DNA of 64,000 bases from Planctomycetota bacterium (GTDB lineage: Bacteria; Planctomycetota; B15-G4), in the NCBI GenBank assembly GCA_965248575.1, contig CBDFJQ010000002.1, positions 3,968,001 through 4,032,000 on the forward strand, given 5' to 3'. Shown here piece after piece: positions 60,305 through 64,000 of the stretch. The position numbers and the translations under genes were made by a program. Under the pieces are notes generated by a model. The model worked only from the letters and a program-made list of their open reading frames with translations, had not been told where the DNA came from and did not search any database. Position 1 is the first letter of the stretch. Every line of letters begins with the position of its first letter.

Positions 60305-61201
60305 ATGGCCATGACTGCAGCTGACTCTATTCATTCGCTCCGCGTGACCGAAAAGGTCCCCGCGGCCGTCGCTCTGGCGTTCCTCCGTGGAGATCCGCGC
60401 GAGAACGTCTTCCTCATCTCGCGCATCCAGCGCGGTGGGATGACGGACACCCGGCACCCTGCCCATGGGCGCTTCATCGGCGCCTATGACGAGGACCAGT
60501 CCCTCCGGGGCCTGCTCTTCATCGGCAACACGGGGACACTCGTGATCAGCGCCGACGAGCCGTGGGTGGCCGGTGAGTTCGTGGAGCCCATGCTGGAGTC
60601 TGGTTACCTCTTCAGCACCTGCATCAGCGAGTTCAACGCGGGCCGTGAGTTCCTCTCCAAGTACAAGAAGCGGAGCGGCCGCAAACCCATCCTGGACCGC
60701 AAGCAGTCCTTCTACACCATCGACTCCTCGACGATCGTCCGGAAAGGCATCAAGGAGATCGACATGGAGCAGGCCAGCCTCGACTCCATCGATGAGCTGA
60801 CGGACTTCGCGTGCTCGATGGTGATGGAGGACCTCAAGTTCGAGGACAAGGACATCGACCGCCGTGAGTTTCGCCTGCGCATGACCGAGAAGGTCGTTGA
60901 GGGGCGGGCTTTCCTTTGCAGGGACAAGGACGGTCGCTCGATCTTCAAGGCGGACATGGCCGTTGCTGGCACCGAAGGCGGCTTGCTCGAGGGTGTCTTC
61001 ACCCCGAAGGATCTCCGCAAGCAGAACCTCGCCACGCGGGCCGTGTGGACGCTCTGCCGTGATCTGCTCAACCGCGAGACGGTGCCCTTCATCGCCCTGC
61101 ATGTGGACGAGAAGAACAAGGCTGCCCGCCGGGTCTACGAGAAGATCGGCTTCCAAGAAGCGGCCTCCTATCGCCTCACCCTGATGCCGCCCATCGCCTG
61201 A
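60305..61201 (+). CDS. GNAT family acetyltransferase (two-domain)
   Basis: VFTPKDLRKQNLAT and LHVDEKNKAARRVYEKIGF. Confidence 0.88.
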   Translation: MAMTAADSIHSLRVTEKVPAAVALAFLRGDPRENVFLISRIQRGGMTDTRHPAHGRFIGAYDEDQSLRGLLFIGNTGTLVISADEPWVAGEFVEPMLESGYLFSTCISEFNAGREFLSKYKKRSGRKPILDRKQSFYTIDSSTIVRKGIKEIDMEQASLDSIDELTDFACSMVMEDLKFEDKDIDRREFRLRMTEKVVEGRAFLCRDKDGRSIFKADMAVAGTEGGLLEGVFTPKDLRKQNLATRAVWTLCRDLLNRETVPFIALHVDEKNKAARRVYEKIGFQEAASYRLTLMPPIA

Positions 61202-61237
61202 GCCTGCCGCTCAAGACCCGCAGGCAACTCCGCGCGG

Positions 61238-62167
61238 TCAGTCTCTTTGCTTGGCCAACCAGCGCTCGGCATCCAGGGCCGCCATGCATCCCGTGCCGGC
61301 GGCCGTGATGGCCTGGCGGTACTCGGCGTCGGCGACGTCGCCTGCAGCGAACACACCTTCCACGCTCGTGTTCGTGCCGTCGTGCAGATTGAGGTAGCCC
61401 ACCTCGTTCATGTCGAGCTGCCCCTTGAAGATCTCGGTGTTGGGCTTGTGACCGATAGCCACGAAGCAGCCGTTGATCTCCATCTCGGTTTCTTCACCCG
61501 ACACGGTGTTGCGCAGCTTGAGCGAGCCCAGCCGGCGCTTCTCGTCGAGTGAGACCATCTCGTCGACGACGGTGTTCATGAGCATTTCGATCTTCGGGTT
61601 GTCCTGGGCGCGGTGCAGCATGATCTGGCTGGCGCGGAACTTCTCGCTGCGGTGGATGATGGTCACCTTGCTCGCGAACTTCGTCAGGTAGTCGGCCTCT
61701 TCCATGGCGCTGTCGCCGCCGCCGATCACGGCCACGTGCACTTCGCGGAAGAAGGCGGCGTCACAGGTGGCGCAGGCCGAGACGCCGTAGCCCATGAGGT
61801 GGTCCTCGCCCTTGACCCCCAGCAGGCGTGCCGTGGCGCCCGTCGAGACGATCACGCTGTCGGCGAGCAGCTCGTTCTTGCCGTCGTTGAGGACGAACGG
61901 GCGCTTCGAGAAGTCGACGGATTGAATGAAGCCGGGGCGGATGTCGGTGCCGAAGCGGGCCGCCTGTGCCTTCATGCGCTCCATGAGATCGGGGCCGATC
62001 ACACCCTCCGGAAAGCCTGGGAAATTCTCGACGTCGGTGGTGATGGTCAGCTGGCCGCCGGGCTGCAGGCCCTCATAGAGCACGGGTGCCAGGTCGGCCC
62101 GGGAGGTGTAGAGCGCCGAGGTGTAGCCGGCAGGTCCGGAACCGATGATCACGACCTTGTGAGACAT
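61238..62167 (-). CDS. trxB: Thioredoxin reductase
   Basis: IIGSGPAG, CATCD, GGGDSAMEEA, GVFAAGDV, RQAITAAG. Confidence 0.97.
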   Translation of the reverse strand: MSHKVVIIGSGPAGYTSALYTSRADLAPVLYEGLQPGGQLTITTDVENFPGFPEGVIGPDLMERMKAQAARFGTDIRPGFIQSVDFSKRPFVLNDGKNELLADSVIVSTGATARLLGVKGEDHLMGYGVSACATCDAAFFREVHVAVIGGGDSAMEEADYLTKFASKVTIIHRSEKFRASQIMLHRAQDNPKIEMLMNTVVDEMVSLDEKRRLGSLKLRNTVSGEETEMEINGCFVAIGHKPNTEIFKGQLDMNEVGYLNLHDGTNTSVEGVFAAGDVADAEYRQAITAAGTGCMAALDAERWLAKQRD

Positions 62168-62260
62168 GTCTTGAGGACTCCGTTTTCGAGGCGCCTGGGA
62201 GGGCGCTGGGCGTTGGGGGGCGGGATGGTAGCACGCTCGTTGTGAGCGGCACGAGACGGC

Positions 62261-62266
62261 TACAAT
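62261..62266 (+). promoter_or_regulatory. -10 box for a probable leaderless xseA transcript
   Basis: TACAAT 6 nt before ATG 62273; no Shine-Dalgarno sequence. Confidence 0.6.
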
Positions 62267-62272
62267 GGCCAG

Positions 62273-63844
62273 ATGGCGCTCTCTGATGACTGGAACTTGG
62301 ACCCGGATACACCGACCCGCCCAGGTCGTCGGCGGCGGACTCAGAGCTCCGCTGCCTGGCCGTCTGCGGAGCCCGAGGCCGTCGGCGGCAGCCCGCCTGG
62401 GTCAGAGGAGGAGGTCCTCACGGTTCCCCAGGTTGGGGAGCGCATCCAGCAGATGCTTCAGCGGGGTTTCCCGCGCCCGTTCTGGTTGGTGGGCGAGGCC
62501 GTCGGTTGGGATCGGGCTCGGGCTTCAGCGTCCAGCCGGCGCAGTGGTCGCCATTGGTACTTCGAGCTGGTGGATGACCAGGCCAAGGGGGACCGCCGCG
62601 CATCTCTCAGCGTGAAGATGTGGCAGGGCACGGTGGACAAGCTCTTCGGCCGCAACGGGCGGCTGAAGTCGAGCATCGAGCCTGCAGACGGGCTCGTGCT
62701 CAAGGCCCTGGTGAAGCCGGACTTCTACGCGCCCCGCGGCCAGCTCAGCTTCACCATCGAAGACATCGACCCCGAGCACACGCTCGGCAACCTGGATGCC
62801 ATGCGCCGCGAGGTGCTGGAGCGACTCCAAGCCGAAGGTGCAGGCACCTGGAACAAGGCCCATCAACTCCCCGAGGTGCCCTTGCGCCTCGGGCTCGTGA
62901 CGTCACGCGGGAGCGCGGCCCACCACGACGTCATGGAGACGCTGAGTGGGTCGGGGCTGGGTTTCGAGGTGCTCTTCTCGGATGCCAGGACCCAGGGTGG
63001 AGAAACCACGCGCTCCGTGTGTGCAGCCATGCGCACCCTGGGGCGTCTCGAGCCTGACGTCATCCTGCTTGTGCGCGGCGGCGGTTCGCGGCTGGATCTC
63101 TCCTGGTTCGATCGCGAGGAGATTGCGCGGGTCGTCGCGGAGAGCCCAGTGCCTGTCTTGACGGGCATCGGCCATGAGATCGACACCTCGGTCGCGGATG
63201 CCATGGCCCACACGGCGTGCCGGACCCCGACGGCTGCAGCAGAGTTCCTGGTGACTCGGGTGCGGCAGGCTGCCGAGGACGTCGAGCGGCAGCGACTGGG
63301 CCTGCTGGAGTGTGTCTCGCGGACATTGACAGAACAGCAGGCGCGGCTCGAGCGCAGTGGCAAGGACTTGCGCCGGAGCGCACACGCTGCACTCCAACTG
63401 GCAGAGCATGCTCTCGATGGCCGCTGGCGTGAGCTGTTGCAGCGAGGCCACGATGTCTTGAATGGCGCTGAGGGAATCATCCGCGAGCATCGGGCCCGGC
63501 TCATGAGCGGACTGCACATCGAGCGCATCGGCCAGCTGGAGGCTCGCTTGCAGGGAGATGGCCAGCGGCTGGAATCCCGCGCTGACCTGGCGCTCACTCG
63601 GGCCGAGGATGCGGTGGAGTCCATGGCCTCACGGGTGCGCTTGCTCGACCCACGCTCGGTCCTCGCCAGGGGCTACTCCTACTTGCGGCAAGCCGACGGC
63701 CGCATTCTCATGGACTCGAGCAAGGTGCAGACGGGAGCGCCGCTCACCGCTGTCTTGCGCGACGGCGAATTGGATCTGAAGGTTCTTGGCGCACGTCCAG
63801 AGCCTAGCTCGCCACCCGAACGCGATTCACAGGACACTGACTGA
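62273..63844 (+). CDS. xseA: Exodeoxyribonuclease VII large subunit
   Basis: HWYF.L.D OB-fold, TS..SAA..D, RGGGS, GIGHEID, TPTAAAE, L.RGYS. Confidence 0.95.
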   Translation: MALSDDWNLDPDTPTRPGRRRRTQSSAAWPSAEPEAVGGSPPGSEEEVLTVPQVGERIQQMLQRGFPRPFWLVGEAVGWDRARASASSRRSGRHWYFELVDDQAKGDRRASLSVKMWQGTVDKLFGRNGRLKSSIEPADGLVLKALVKPDFYAPRGQLSFTIEDIDPEHTLGNLDAMRREVLERLQAEGAGTWNKAHQLPEVPLRLGLVTSRGSAAHHDVMETLSGSGLGFEVLFSDARTQGGETTRSVCAAMRTLGRLEPDVILLVRGGGSRLDLSWFDREEIARVVAESPVPVLTGIGHEIDTSVADAMAHTACRTPTAAAEFLVTRVRQAAEDVERQRLGLLECVSRTLTEQQARLERSGKDLRRSAHAALQLAEHALDGRWRELLQRGHDVLNGAEGIIREHRARLMSGLHIERIGQLEARLQGDGQRLESRADLALTRAEDAVESMASRVRLLDPRSVLARGYSYLRQADGRILMDSSKVQTGAPLTAVLRDGELDLKVLGARPEPSSPPERDSQDTD

Positions 63845-63874
63845 CATGCCATCACACGATCTGGAAACTCTCTG

Positions 63875-64000
63875 ATGACCGCCAAGAAGGCTGCCTCCAA
63901 GTCTCAGAAGAAGCTCACCTTTTCCGAAGCCCGCGCGCGTCTGGACGAGATTCTCGAAGCGCTTGAGCGGGAGGCCGACGATGTGGATCAGTTGGCCTCA
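63875..64000 (+). CDS. xseB: Exodeoxyribonuclease VII small subunit (3'-truncated by the window edge)
   Basis: LTFSEARARLDEILEALE pattern directly after xseA. Confidence 0.88.
   Translation, partial: MTAKKAASKSQKKLTFSEARARLDEILEALEREADDVDQLAS

Overview
High-GC bacterial chromosome segment, most likely from a Planctomycetota lineage (inferred from the Sig-70_X6-type ECF sigma factor + Ser/Thr kinase pair, the CRTAC1/ASPIC-UnbV + TPR pair and the many large secreted proteins). About 50 CDSs; no rRNA, tRNA, CRISPR, transposase or integrase seen. Positions 1-42 kb are accessory: secreted enzymes, a run of small co-oriented genes with signs of decay (9-16.6 kb), a di-heme peroxidase + DAHL hybrid kinase pair, and an ECF/STK module opposite a fibre-like protein. 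Positions 42-64 kb are more housekeeping/metabolic: pckG, a YyaL-like protein, a cold-shock protein, an hcrCAB-like molybdoenzyme, an SxtIJK-like carbamoyltransferase module, an atypical transketolase, trxB and xseAB. The strongest novel signal is a conserved ~120-aa C-terminal domain (W..LG.G..G..G.P.L...G ... GGTL...P ... D..G ... WP..LP.G ... Q ... SNG....P-stop). It is appended to at least three unrelated signal-peptide-bearing proteins and is a candidate undescribed protein-sorting or surface-anchoring module. Other leads are a structured 5' leader ahead of the fibre protein, a CutF-like Cys/Pro-rich ORF, an HxH...H JmjC variant and several leaderless promoters. All family calls are by eye from motifs; no database searches were run.
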